A DNA stretch of 64,000 bases from Terriglobia bacterium (GCA_965198225.1 CBDAOY010000008.1:800001-864000), one strand, 5' to 3'. Positions 39,702 through 49,686 are shown, numbered from the stretch's first letter. Numbers and translations: made by a program. Notes: generated by a model from the sequence alone, not told the origin.

Positions 39702-39863
39702 CGAGTCTCGAGCGGCTTACTTACCTTCGCGGCGCATTCGAGGCCGGCAGCATGCGAACTTGCCGTCGGGGAAAAACGTTCGGCCAGTTGTGCAACGGGC
39801 GTCGGCTGGTGATAGTATGAGCCGCGTAAAGGCTGCCAGATCGATCCAGACGCCGCGAAGACA

Positions 39864-40883
39864 ATGTCATTCCCGACCGAGCCCCAGGACAATCTTTCCC
39901 ACACGGTCGATCGACTCAACCGCGTCGTGAAGGCCACCAAAGAACTGAATTCCACGCTCGATCTGTCCGAACTCGCGCGGATCATCCTTCGGATCATCCG
40001 CGAAGAGGTGGGTATCGAACGCGGCACCGTTTGGGTCATGACTCCGGGAAGGGTCCACTTGAAGTCTCTGGCCGCACAGGAAGTCGACCAGGAGATTCAG
40101 ATTGCCGTCGGGTCCGGCATCGCCGGCACCGTCGCGCGGGATGGAGGGATCATCGACATTCCGGATGCCTACCAGGACCCGCGCTTCGACCAGAGCTTCG
40201 ACGCTAAACTCGATTTCCGCACCAACGACATTTACTGTATGCCGGTACGCAACCCCGCAGGTGTCGTCGTCGGGGTACTACAGCTGCTCAACCGCAGCCG
40301 GGCACTGACGAAGACTGACGAAGAGTTCCTCGAGGACATATCGGTGCACGTCGGGCTGGCTGTCGAAAACGCCACCCGGCACCTCGAGATCCTGGAAAAG
40401 AAGAGGATCGAACAGCAACTCGAGCTGGCGCGAGAGATCATTCTGATCAAGAGCGTCAGGACGCGGCGATTGGTCGAAGGCGTCCTGCGTTTTCGCTGTC
40501 CGATCTGCCTGGAGGGCCGTGTTTTTACCGGGCTGGTGGGCACCCGGGCTCACTGCGACGACTGTGGGTACGTCTTCGCGCGTGCGCACCACTATTTCGT
40601 GGGATCGGCCATCTTCACCTGGGCGTTGACCCTGGCGATTGCCTTCGGATTGTTTTCCGTCCTGAATTCCGCCGTAACGCTGCCCACCGATCCCTTGATC
40701 CTTGCGATCCTCTTCTTTCCGGCAATCGCGTTCGTTATCTGGTTCTTCCGTACCTGGAGGGTGTTCTGGCTGGCGTTGGATCTTTACGCGAAGCCTCCCA
40801 GGGACAATGACTTCCGTCCGGGGGAGAAGTTGGGGTCGGAGCCAGGCGGCGCGACGCCTCAAGCCCCGGCCTCACAAGGCTAG
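39864..40883 (+). CDS. GAF domain fused to a DUF983-like Cys4/2-TM domain
   Basis: GAF (DAYQDPRFDQSFD..F.TND), coiled linker EKKRIEQQLELAREI, then CPIC...CDDC and two TM helices. Confidence 0.72.
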   Translation: MSFPTEPQDNLSHTVDRLNRVVKATKELNSTLDLSELARIILRIIREEVGIERGTVWVMTPGRVHLKSLAAQEVDQEIQIAVGSGIAGTVARDGGIIDIPDAYQDPRFDQSFDAKLDFRTNDIYCMPVRNPAGVVVGVLQLLNRSRALTKTDEEFLEDISVHVGLAVENATRHLEILEKKRIEQQLELAREIILIKSVRTRRLVEGVLRFRCPICLEGRVFTGLVGTRAHCDDCGYVFARAHHYFVGSAIFTWALTLAIAFGLFSVLNSAVTLPTDPLILAILFFPAIAFVIWFFRTWRVFWLALDLYAKPPRDNDFRPGEKLGSEPGGATPQAPASQG

Positions 40884-40998
40884 GCGGGGATCGGTACGTC
40901 CGCTTCAACGATTCCACTGAATAGTCGCGTCAGAGTCGGCGGATCGATTCTTTTTCAGTCGAGGGTGGGCGACCTGCCTGGTTGCCCACCCCATTGTT

Positions 40999-42783
40999 CT
41001 AGTTGCTGGAACTCGTCTCTGGTCGGGCCGGCCTCAGCTCCGGCTTGGACCAAGTCCTGAGACTGTGAATACCGAGCGGCAGGCCCTCGCTCAGGAGTCG
41101 ATCATGGAAGTCTTTCAGAGCAACCCCTTCGGCCTCGGCGTCCGTCCTTAACTGCTCGATCGCGCGCTGCCTCAGCCCGGCGACGACACTCATGGGCCTT
41201 CGCACCGCTCGACGGACTTCGCGTTCGGCGGCTGCGCTATCCAAGTGGACTTCTTCCATCAGGAAGTCGACCGCCTCTTGAAAGTTCATCTGCAAGGTGT
41301 GGAGGTTCATTCCCGCGACGATCCGTGCCATAGCTGTGGCCTGTCGGCGCTGCCGTTCGAGTTGGATGCGGGGGTCGTCTTCCAGATAGCCCTGGTCCAG
41401 CATCATTCCTTCGGCATAGAGCGCCCACCCGTCCGAGGACCACGGCCCCTGCAGGATCTGTCGGACCCTTGTCGGCCGGTCTTTCCGCCGCAGTTCGTGG
41501 AGGTAACGTCCGGGAAAGCTCTGACGAGCCGCAATCAGCGGAACGGCGCTCGAATTGTAGGAGCGCATGTGCGCTGCGATGGTTCTCGCGTTCGATTCGC
41601 TGTCGGGAAGGTTCAGCTGCAGGTAAGCGTCGGCGGCGCTGGGCTCCTGAAACCCCGGAACGCTGAGCGATACGAGCCGCAGCGGGCGCAGGAAGGAAGA
41701 CATCTCAAGAGGCTTCAGTCCCTGGTCCGAAGGAAGTGTCACGAGGGCACGATCCACCACGAACTGTTGTGCCCCTGCGAGCGCCTCTTCCACGGTCGCG
41801 AATAACTCGTCCGCGGACGGACTCTCGTTCGATGCGTCCTGCAGAATCGCGGCGACGTCTCCCGACTCGTCGATAGCCATCGCGGCCTGCGACATCGCCT
41901 CCTTGTGTCTCTCGAGCTCACTTTGGCCGTACTCTACGATTTCGGAGAAGGTCATCTCGAGGAAATCATCGTAGAGCAACTTCTCCTGGATGTTTCGTGT
42001 GCCGAGGAAGAAGTCGGTATAGCGATACTGAAGGTTGCCCACCACCTCATCGTTCAAGAACTCCAGGTAGGCCTCATAGGCGGCGACCACAGCATCGTTC
42101 GCAGTCTGGAATTCTTCCAGGAGCGCGGCATCCTCAACCCCTTCCAACGCCTGAGGCAGGTAATCACGGAAATAGGCCAGCGAGGATTCGAACTGATCCG
42201 CGGCAATTCGGGCCAGGACACGCGGAATGTTGTCGATGATGTCCCTGGAACCCTCCAGAACGGCGGGAATCTGGTTCTCACGGGCGATGATCGACCTGAC
42301 CCGAGTCTCGATCGGTGCGGACCCATGATGGAGCAGGCTATCGATGCTTCGACAGATGAGGTCGTCGTAGTATCCAGGGTCACGAGCCCAGTATCCGATC
42401 TTGTCGAAGTTCGACAGCTCGCTCTGGATGTGGTAGTCCAGTATCTGGTAATCGAACTTGTCGTCCTGGCTGAGGAACCTCACTTCGATCGTATTGAGAG
42501 CCTGGAGCGCATCCTGCAGCCGTTTGCGTTCCCCAAATATCTGGTCCCGGTCAACAGGTCCGATCAGATCGTCGTATTCATGGACGCCCAGTTCGGTGGC
42601 AAGCGCCGGGTTGGCTTGTAAGTAACCGTCAATGTATTCATCGACGAGCTCCGTGAACTTCGCTGCCTCACGGCGCTCGAAGAAGTCGTCTTCCCCTCCA
42701 CACCCCAGCAGCAGCAGGGGGCAGAGGAACAGAACCGCGGGGCACAGTCCCGAGGAGAAGCGGGAAAGAAACTCTCTGGACAT
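40999..42783 (-). CDS. DUF885 family lipoprotein
   Basis: LLLGC lipobox. ATELGVHEYDD, FPGRYL, DGWALYAE and LKDFHDRLL motifs. Confidence 0.8.
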   Translation of the reverse strand: MSREFLSRFSSGLCPAVLFLCPLLLLGCGGEDDFFERREAAKFTELVDEYIDGYLQANPALATELGVHEYDDLIGPVDRDQIFGERKRLQDALQALNTIEVRFLSQDDKFDYQILDYHIQSELSNFDKIGYWARDPGYYDDLICRSIDSLLHHGSAPIETRVRSIIARENQIPAVLEGSRDIIDNIPRVLARIAADQFESSLAYFRDYLPQALEGVEDAALLEEFQTANDAVVAAYEAYLEFLNDEVVGNLQYRYTDFFLGTRNIQEKLLYDDFLEMTFSEIVEYGQSELERHKEAMSQAAMAIDESGDVAAILQDASNESPSADELFATVEEALAGAQQFVVDRALVTLPSDQGLKPLEMSSFLRPLRLVSLSVPGFQEPSAADAYLQLNLPDSESNARTIAAHMRSYNSSAVPLIAARQSFPGRYLHELRRKDRPTRVRQILQGPWSSDGWALYAEGMMLDQGYLEDDPRIQLERQRRQATAMARIVAGMNLHTLQMNFQEAVDFLMEEVHLDSAAAEREVRRAVRRPMSVVAGLRQRAIEQLRTDAEAEGVALKDFHDRLLSEGLPLGIHSLRTWSKPELRPARPETSSSN

Positions 42784-43048
42784 GACGTCCCTCCTCAACA
42801 TATGGGATTGAAAAGAGGCCCGGTTGAGCTTGATCAACTGAATTCCTGTTAATGGTGGGAAGCATTATCCTAAAAAGGATTCCCGAAGACAACGAAATCG
42901 CGCGCCAGGTCGGCTGGCCGGCTTCCCATCAATCTCATTCGCGGTCGGATAAAACAGTCTTCCGGTGTGCTTTTCGATCCTCTACGGAGGGACGTATGAT
43001 CGGCATTATCTCACTCGCGGGAGGGCGGCAGGCCGGGGGAGGATTGTC

Positions 43049-43170
43049 ATGAAGTCACTATCGGCGTTGCTCTTGTCCTTGTTCGTGTTCCCGTTGGTCC
43101 AGACGACACCCGAGTATTCGATCGAGGCTATACGTTACGGAACGATTCCCGAGTTCAGGCTTGCGGGTCT
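43049..43170 (+). pseudogene. Probable 5' remnant of a secreted metallo-beta-lactamase/AHL-lactonase-like gene
   Basis: Good RBS, signal peptide and PEYSIEAIRYGTIPEF, after which the frame runs into family B REP sequence. Confidence 0.5.
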
Positions 43171-43215
43171 CGAGCGAGGGTCGGATCGCGCGCATCAAGT
43201 AAGGCCGGCGGGCAA

Positions 43216-43400
43216 ACTCCCCTCCTCAGATGAGGAGGGGTGGCGCGAAGCGCCGGGGTGGTGCTGATCAAAAAATCATAGGGTCGTCGTCGAATCCACG
43301 CTAACGACATCGAACCACCCCGTCTGCGCCTTCGGCGCATCCACCCCTCCTTATGGACAAGGAGGGGAGCCCGAGGTGGCGCGAAGCGCAGAGCGGTTTG
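43216..43400. repeat. REP-like family B composite
   Basis: Same units and arrangement as 12599-12775. Confidence 0.82.
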
Positions 43401-43505
43401 ACAGGAGGTGAGGCCTGGTTGGTTTATTGCAGCCGCTGTGCTGAAACAGGAAGGCGTTCCCTCAACAACAATCCGTCATCCACGCCGGCACTTTGCCCGC
43501 AGTCC

Positions 43506-43883
43506 TCAAACTTCTTCGTCGAAAACCTTCGCGGCGATCTTCATGCCGTCCCATGCGGCAGGAAACCCCGCGTAGGGCGCCATCTGAAGCATTGCCTCCA
43601 GGATTTCTTCCCGGCTGGCCCCGTTCCCGAGTGCCATCCGGACGTTGAGCTCCAGTCCCGATTGCCTTCCCAGGGCCGTCAGCGCGGCGACTGTGCACAG
43701 GCTTCGGGTCTTGAGGTCGAGGTTTCCTCGCGTCCAGACCTGAGAGGAGAGAAACCCGAGGACGAATTGCTCGAAGTCGGGTGAAAGGCCGCGCCAGCCT
43801 TCCTGAATGCGGGCGGCCTCGTCGTCTCCGAGCATCTGGCGGAGCATCGCCAGGCCGCGTTCCAGGTGTTCGTCGTCGTTCAT
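43506..43883 (-). CDS. Carboxymuconolactone decarboxylase family protein
   Basis: VWTRGNLDLKTRSLCTVAAL and YAGFPAA motifs. Start at MNDDE. Confidence 0.9.
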   Translation of the reverse strand: MNDDEHLERGLAMLRQMLGDDEAARIQEGWRGLSPDFEQFVLGFLSSQVWTRGNLDLKTRSLCTVAALTALGRQSGLELNVRMALGNGASREEILEAMLQMAPYAGFPAAWDGMKIAAKVFDEEV

Positions 43884-44115
43884 CGAATCAATGCACCGCC
43901 TTCTTGCCTGCGATCCACGACGCCCGTATCTTGCGGGTCTGTTCGAAGGGTAGCACACGCGTGGTCGGGCACTGTTCGAGCAGGAGCCCTCCTGGGCGTG
44001 ACGCTCCCATGGCGTCGCGTCCAGAAGTCCGGCGCGAAAACAGGGCGCAATGTAGAATAAGTGTCCAGCGCGATAGAAGCCACAAGGCTGGGGACGTCGA
44101 CAGCCCGTTCCGTGC

Positions 44116-45075
44116 ATGTTCAACTCCACACACACACTGCTGGGCGTAGCGATAGCGAAGAGCGGGCTGGACCGTTGGACGCCTCACGCTACCGCCACCG
44201 CGGTCATCGCATCGAACTTTCCGGACCTCGATTCATTCACCCTGTTCGCGGACTCCGCCGCGTATCTCGAACATCACAGGGGCATCACGCATTCTGTTTT
44301 TGCGGTTCCGTTCATGGCTGCATTCCTGGCCGCCGTGATTTACCGGCTCTCGCTCCGCGGCCGAAGCCCGGCGACTTTCCGGGGCGTATTCGGTATCTCG
44401 CTGATCGTGATGATGACCCATCCTCTTCTGGACTACCTGAACCCCTACGGAATGCGACCGTTTCTTCCGTTTGACAACACCTGGATTTACGGCGATGCGC
44501 TGTTCATCATTGATCCCACGCTCGACACGATCCTCTTGATGGGGATCATCGGCGGCTACCTGTTTCCCCGGCGACGCGTGGTTTGCGGGGCGGTCGGCCT
44601 GGTCGTGATGGTGTTTTACATCGGGGTCCGTGTCGAACTTCGGTCGCAGGCCCGTGTGAGCCTGGCGGAGTTCGTCGAAACCATCCCGGAAACAAGCGAA
44701 TCGGACGTACTGCCGCAGATGCTGAACCCGTTCCGATGGACCGGGATCGTCGAGTCCGAGACAAAACTGTGGAAGCTGCCCATCGATACCCGCACAGGCC
44801 CGGGCGAACCGGTTCTCGAAATGGACAAGATGCCCGACTCGGTCGCGACGCGCAAGGCCGCACAAGCGGCTACCGCAGCCGTCCTGCTGGAGTTCGCGCG
44901 CTTTCCTTTCATGCTGGAAGAGAAGCTGGAAAATGGATATCGCGTCTACTTCGTTGATTTTCGTTTCTTCAACGAGGTTACCGGGCTCGCCTCAGCCGTC
45001 GTCCTGGATGGAGACCTGAACATCGTGAGCGATGACTGGAGCTTCAACCGGCTAGTGGAGGTGGGGACTAGGTGA
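44116..45075 (+). CDS. YdjM-like membrane-bound metal-dependent hydrolase
   Basis: THTL, PDLD, HRGITHS and THPLLDYLNPYG motifs. Confidence 0.9.
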   Translation: MFNSTHTLLGVAIAKSGLDRWTPHATATAVIASNFPDLDSFTLFADSAAYLEHHRGITHSVFAVPFMAAFLAAVIYRLSLRGRSPATFRGVFGISLIVMMTHPLLDYLNPYGMRPFLPFDNTWIYGDALFIIDPTLDTILLMGIIGGYLFPRRRVVCGAVGLVVMVFYIGVRVELRSQARVSLAEFVETIPETSESDVLPQMLNPFRWTGIVESETKLWKLPIDTRTGPGEPVLEMDKMPDSVATRKAAQAATAAVLLEFARFPFMLEEKLENGYRVYFVDFRFFNEVTGLASAVVLDGDLNIVSDDWSFNRLVEVGTR

Positions 45076-45186
45076 TAGACCGCCGTTCCCCTTTTCTTGT
45101 TCAGGGCTCTTCCCTGGAAAGAACGTATTGAATCCCCGTGCCCTCGATCCCCGGGCGGGGTCAGTTCCGGCAACAGGGGCGACGCA

Positions 45187-46746
45187 TTATCCCTGATAGG
45201 TCAACATCCGATCTGCTTCATCCTTCCCGTAGACCATCCGATAGAACTCTTGCGACAAGGCTTTGAACAGTGCATCGCTTTCATCACCCCCCGATTCCGC
45301 TTTCTTGATTTCCGGATAACGAGATTCCGGAAAACGAACATACAAAGGAAATACTCTTTGCAGCGAGTGAATTTCCTTCGCGGACAGGTAGGGGGGTGGC
45401 ATGTTCAATACAGATTCACCAATCACGGATGTGGTCTGGGCTTCGGGACTTAACCAGCCCTCCTTGATCGCCATTTCTCGCAGAGCTGTTCCCCGGTAAG
45501 GCACAAATATGTTAACGCTCAGAGAATCAAACGTATTGATCTCTCTGTTGAGTGCTACCGATTCGAAAAGCAGGTCCCGAGTTTCGTAGGGGAAGCCGAC
45601 GATGTTGTTCAAGGTATAGGGAATACCCGACTCGGTAACGATCTTGGCCAGATCCAGAATCTTACTGTTGGAAATATTGCGGAAGAGTTTTTCGCGTCGA
45701 TACTTCTCGTTGCCATGCTCGAGCCCAAATGAGATCCGATGACAACCAGCGTCGGATATCCATTCAAGTTTTTCGGCATCGACATCTTCGAAACGGGTCT
45801 GGAACCAGAATGGAAGCCCGAAATCACCATACATGTCGGCAAACGCTTTGGCCTCGGCTTTCGGTCTCGACAAAAACGCATCATCATTGATGTAGAAGAA
45901 ATCTGCATCAAGGTTCTCGCACATCGCGTCGATCTCGCGCCTGAGAGTATCCATGCTCTTTCGGCGGAGGAAGTTTCCCTGCTCGTTCTGTTTCGCGATC
46001 ACAACTTGAGCGGGCGAATTACAGAAGGCACACGTATACGGACACCCCCTGTAAGTCTCGATGGGGATCGTCTTCCAGATCTTCTCCCCCAGTGGGCGCA
46101 GGAACCGTCCTTCGTCGAAAAACGAAAAATCCGGCAGCACGTCATTGATATTCACCAGCGGACGGTTCGGATTCTTGATGACGTTTCCGGCCTCGTCCTT
46201 CGCCCAGGTCCCGGCGATATTGATTGGATCGATTCCATGGCGAACCGCCTCACAAAACTCGACGATTGTCACCTCACCTTCGCCCCGGCCGATGCATCTG
46301 GCGTGTTCATAGGAGAGCACGTAGTCGGGCGCCATCGTCGTCAACACACCCCCGACTAAGGACTTGATTTGGGGATAGTGAGAAAGAGCCTCGAGCAATT
46401 CTCTGGCCTGCGGCCAGGTATCCTCGACAAGGGTGGACAAGATCACGGCATGCGGCCGAAACGCGTCAAGTCTTTCGCAAAAGTCGCCGATCAGGTCGGT
46501 CTTGGGATCGCCGAAGAGCGCATCGGCATCAAACTTTCGACTGTTGAGCAGCGTATTGGCACGAGTGACGGGTAACGCCTCACCTAAGAATTCTATGTTG
46601 GGCTGGTATGGCGTACAGTCGAAAAGGTCTACCTCGTACCCTTGTCCCTTGAGAACGGCGGAAAACAGCCCGACTGCATAGGATGGCGTGAGCATCATGC
46701 TCAAGTTCGGATACACGATCAGTGCCCGGAATTTGTGCTTTTCCAT
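45187..46746 (-). CDS. B12-binding radical SAM protein
   Basis: N-terminal cobalamin-binding-like domain (GEGE) and RGCPYTCAFC (CxxxCxxC). Confidence 0.9.
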   Translation of the reverse strand: MEKHKFRALIVYPNLSMMLTPSYAVGLFSAVLKGQGYEVDLFDCTPYQPNIEFLGEALPVTRANTLLNSRKFDADALFGDPKTDLIGDFCERLDAFRPHAVILSTLVEDTWPQARELLEALSHYPQIKSLVGGVLTTMAPDYVLSYEHARCIGRGEGEVTIVEFCEAVRHGIDPINIAGTWAKDEAGNVIKNPNRPLVNINDVLPDFSFFDEGRFLRPLGEKIWKTIPIETYRGCPYTCAFCNSPAQVVIAKQNEQGNFLRRKSMDTLRREIDAMCENLDADFFYINDDAFLSRPKAEAKAFADMYGDFGLPFWFQTRFEDVDAEKLEWISDAGCHRISFGLEHGNEKYRREKLFRNISNSKILDLAKIVTESGIPYTLNNIVGFPYETRDLLFESVALNREINTFDSLSVNIFVPYRGTALREMAIKEGWLSPEAQTTSVIGESVLNMPPPYLSAKEIHSLQRVFPLYVRFPESRYPEIKKAESGGDESDALFKALSQEFYRMVYGKDEADRMLTYQG

Positions 46747-47090
46747 CTAACTAATTCCTTCAAAAAGCATGCTCTGCCCTCTGCCGTATGCCGCCCATAT
46801 TATCAGTTCACAACAAGTCGTGGTGGGTCCAATCGGTCGTCACTTCTATGCGACAGGCCAATGGTCGCTTCGCCAGCCTACGGGCAGGGTCGTTCCAAGA
46901 TGACCAAGGACTTTTCTGGAGGCGTCCTCACATAGTTTAGAAAGCTCTACCTGTGTTAACACGCCGGATTCCTTCAAAAAGAAGCTCTAGTGGGAAGAGT
47001 AAGGCCTTCCCGCTAGAGATGGGATGAGTACGTGGCAGTTCCTTCGCTCCAGCAAGGGAAATACGGCCCGCGGGACGAACTGACAGCTCA

Positions 47091-47120
47091 AAACAGGAAA
47101 GCCCGGCGACGTGCCGGGCT
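47091..47120 (-). terminator. Intrinsic terminator downstream of tRNA-Asp
   Basis: AGCCCGGC/GCCGGGCT stem followed on the minus strand by TTCCTGTTTT. Confidence 0.6.
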
Positions 47121-47137
47121 AAGTTCCTGTTTCTGAG

Positions 47138-47211
47138 CGGGGCCGACGAGATTCGAACTCGCGACCTCCGGCGTGACAGGCCGGCGTTCTAACCAGCTGA
47201 ACTACGACCCC
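47138..47211 (-). tRNA. tRNA-Asp(GTC), CCA not encoded
   Basis: GGGGTCGTAGTTCAGCTGGTTAGAACGCCGGCCTGTCACGCCGGAGGTCGCGAGTTCGAATCTCGTCGGCCCCG forms a cloverleaf. Confidence 0.97.
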
Positions 47212-47269
47212 GTAAGGCAATTCAAGATCATAGCCGGTGGGTCCGGTTCTTACAATAGGCGTGTGTTGC

Positions 47270-47570
47270 TTGGTCAGCACCGCCCCGGGCGCTTCGGTCC
47301 AACCTGGGTTCCCCTCCTTCATCTGAGGAAGGGAATTTTTTTGATCAACACCACCCCGGCGCTTTGCGCCACCCCGGGCTCCCCTCCTTGGATATGGATA
47401 AGGAGGGGTGGATGCGCCGCGAAGCGCAGACGGGGTGGTTTGATCATAATGAACTCCATTCATGTCTGGGCTTGCGCCCGCGCTGCCTCTCCTCAGTCAG
47501 AAGTGGAATCTGTTTGATCAGCACCACCCCGGCGCTTCGCGCCACCCCTCCTCAGATGAGGAGGGGAGTC
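47270..47570. repeat. Cluster of family B REP-like palindromes
   Basis: At least three CCCCTCCT...AGGAGGGG-type hairpins plus TGATCAGCACCACCCCGGCGCTTCGCGCCA units. Confidence 0.82.
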
Positions 47571-47587
47571 TTCCAAAAACAAAACAC

Positions 47588-47619
47588 AAAAAAACGGCGG
47601 TCCGGAGACCGCCGTTTTT
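47588..47619 (-). terminator. Intrinsic (possibly bidirectional) terminator after the M48 gene
   Basis: AAAAAAACGGCGGTC-CGGA-GACCGCCGTTTTT. Confidence 0.85.
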
Positions 47620-47639
47620 GCTTGTTCGGTGAGTGATTC

Positions 47640-48797
47640 TTAGAAGCCGCCCGGCGGGCCTCTTCGGCGTTTCAGCCGAGGTCTGTCGGGGTCCTCTTCC
47701 ATTTCCGGTTCTTCCTCGGGCTCGACGGTCTTGGTTTCACCGGTTACTACGGTCGGTGCGGCGCCGGGAGCAGTTCTCTTGAGCTTCGGACGATCGTCCT
47801 CGTCCTCGCCCTCCGGGCTTTCCGTCACGACTTCGTCGTCACCTTCGGCGTCTTCGGGCTGCGGACGGGCGGTGCGCCGTCGCAGGCTCGGACCGGTGTC
47901 TTCTTCCTCATCCATCGGCCTGCGGTTCTCGTAAGCGATCAGCATCTGCTGAACGTCCTGGAACTCGGAAGTGGTCAGGACGTACTGGTCTTTTTCGGGC
48001 AGCACGACGCTGATGTTCCGGTTCGTCTTCTTGATCCGGTCCTCGGTCGGCGGATGCGACGCAAAGAGTGAAGACATCGTTCCGGGCTTTGCCGTCTCCC
48101 GAGCCTGCACTTTCTCGAAGAAAGTCACAGCGGCGCCAGGATCGTAACCGGTCTTGTACAGGTATTGCATGCCCAGATAGTCGGCCTCTTCCTCGGCTCC
48201 GCGGGAGAATTTCATGAACTGCATCGGAATCGCGAAGCCTGCGGCCTGGCGGATTCCGAAGCCTGCAACACCACCCAGGAAGATGAGCGGAATCGAGGCC
48301 AGGTTCACGATCTGCCCCTTCGTCTGGTTCTCTGTCCCATGGCGAGCGGTCACGTGGGCGATCTCATGCGCCATGACTCCGGCCAGTTCCGCCTCTTCGT
48401 CAGCCGTGAGTATGATGCCCGTGTTCACGAAGACGAACCCGCCCGGGAGGGCAAAGGCGTTGATGCTGTCGTCTTCGATCACCTTGAACGTGAACGGCAC
48501 CTGGGCGTCGGAGTTCCGGACGATATTCTGCCCGACGCGGTTGACGAACTCGTTGACGACCGGGTCCTTGACGAGCCTGACCTGACGCTCCACCTCGGCG
48601 GCCAACTGGCGTCCGAGCGCGATCTCTTTCTCGAGAGACGTGAAGTTCAGGTTACCCAGTCCCTTGTTGATGTTGCGGTTCCCGATGTTGTCGATATCGG
48701 AGTTCTTGGGCTTTTTCTGTTCCGCCGCGACCATCGGGTTGGCCGTGACGACCACCAGAACCACCGCCATCGCAATCCGGGTAAGCTTATCGAGCAT
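47640..48797 (-). CDS. Secreted M48 family metalloprotease with acidic/basic tail
   Basis: Signal peptide, NAFALPGG, HEIAH, EEEAD and ASHP motifs. Confidence 0.92.
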   Translation of the reverse strand: MLDKLTRIAMAVVLVVVTANPMVAAEQKKPKNSDIDNIGNRNINKGLGNLNFTSLEKEIALGRQLAAEVERQVRLVKDPVVNEFVNRVGQNIVRNSDAQVPFTFKVIEDDSINAFALPGGFVFVNTGIILTADEEAELAGVMAHEIAHVTARHGTENQTKGQIVNLASIPLIFLGGVAGFGIRQAAGFAIPMQFMKFSRGAEEEADYLGMQYLYKTGYDPGAAVTFFEKVQARETAKPGTMSSLFASHPPTEDRIKKTNRNISVVLPEKDQYVLTTSEFQDVQQMLIAYENRRPMDEEEDTGPSLRRRTARPQPEDAEGDDEVVTESPEGEDEDDRPKLKRTAPGAAPTVVTGETKTVEPEEEPEMEEDPDRPRLKRRRGPPGGF

Positions 48798-48969
48798 GTA
48801 AAATTCTCCGGAAAACTCTGTTACTCCATCCTAAGTACCGGTCCTTCAGGCTGTCAAGGTAATTGGACGATCCACAAACCCTTTTGGAAGAAACCTTTCC
48901 ATAGAAAAGACAAGTCGATTCCCGGGTGGGTTTAAAAAGGGGCGGAGATTTTCCTCGAGGCGGATCTAT

Positions 48970-49686
48970 TCAGATCGAGCGGACGGGCATCTCGACGATG
49001 TCGTCGATGGCGACAAGTTCTTTGACAGTAAAAGGTTCCGCGTATTCGACCCCGATCTGATGACCGTAGAACCTCGATTGGGTCTGGATGCGATCGAGCA
49101 GGCGACCCCAGGCCGGGAACAGTTTCATGATCCCGCTCATGTGCCCGTGAAACTGTGACGCGAAGCAGTTGATGGCTTCGAGCTTCTTTTCGAAGTAGGG
49201 ACTGATGTCCACGACGAAGGACGGGACCACGTCCCAGTAGATCGTCGAATAGAGGATCTTGTGCGGGCGGTGCGATTCGCCTTCGAGATCGAGCTTCTTC
49301 AGCCCGGAAGCGAAACAGGCTTCATAGCCCAGCGTCGCCGCAGTGTAGTGGTCCGGGTGGCGCCCTTCCCAGTAGGGAAGAATCACCGTGCGGGGACGGG
49401 CCCGGCGAACCTGCTGTGCGACCTGGAGTCGGTTCTCGATGGAGTTCGTGAGTCGTGAATCCCCGAGATCCATCACCTGGCGGAAGCTTGCTCCGAGCGT
49501 GACGCGCGCAGCTTCGGCCTCGGCCGCGCGCTGTTCGGGCGTGCCCCGAGTTCCCATCTCACCCTGAGTCAGGTCTAGGATGCCGACGGAGTAGCCGTCG
49601 TCGACCATCTTCAGGATGGTCCCGCCGCACGTCAGCTCGACGTCATCGGGGTGAGCGGCGATCGTCAGGATGTCTACCGGTTCCAT
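48970..49686 (-). CDS. bshB1: PIG-L deacetylase, bacillithiol BshB1-like
   Basis: AHPDDVE, DLTQGEMGTRG, RHPDH and GVEYAEPF motifs. Confidence 0.85.
   Translation of the reverse strand: MEPVDILTIAAHPDDVELTCGGTILKMVDDGYSVGILDLTQGEMGTRGTPEQRAAEAEAARVTLGASFRQVMDLGDSRLTNSIENRLQVAQQVRRARPRTVILPYWEGRHPDHYTAATLGYEACFASGLKKLDLEGESHRPHKILYSTIYWDVVPSFVVDISPYFEKKLEAINCFASQFHGHMSGIMKLFPAWGRLLDRIQTQSRFYGHQIGVEYAEPFTVKELVAIDDIVEMPVRSI

Noticed and set aside
45076-45186. attR-like duplication of the tRNA-Asp 3' end
   Set aside because: No convincing match to the tRNA 3' sequence.
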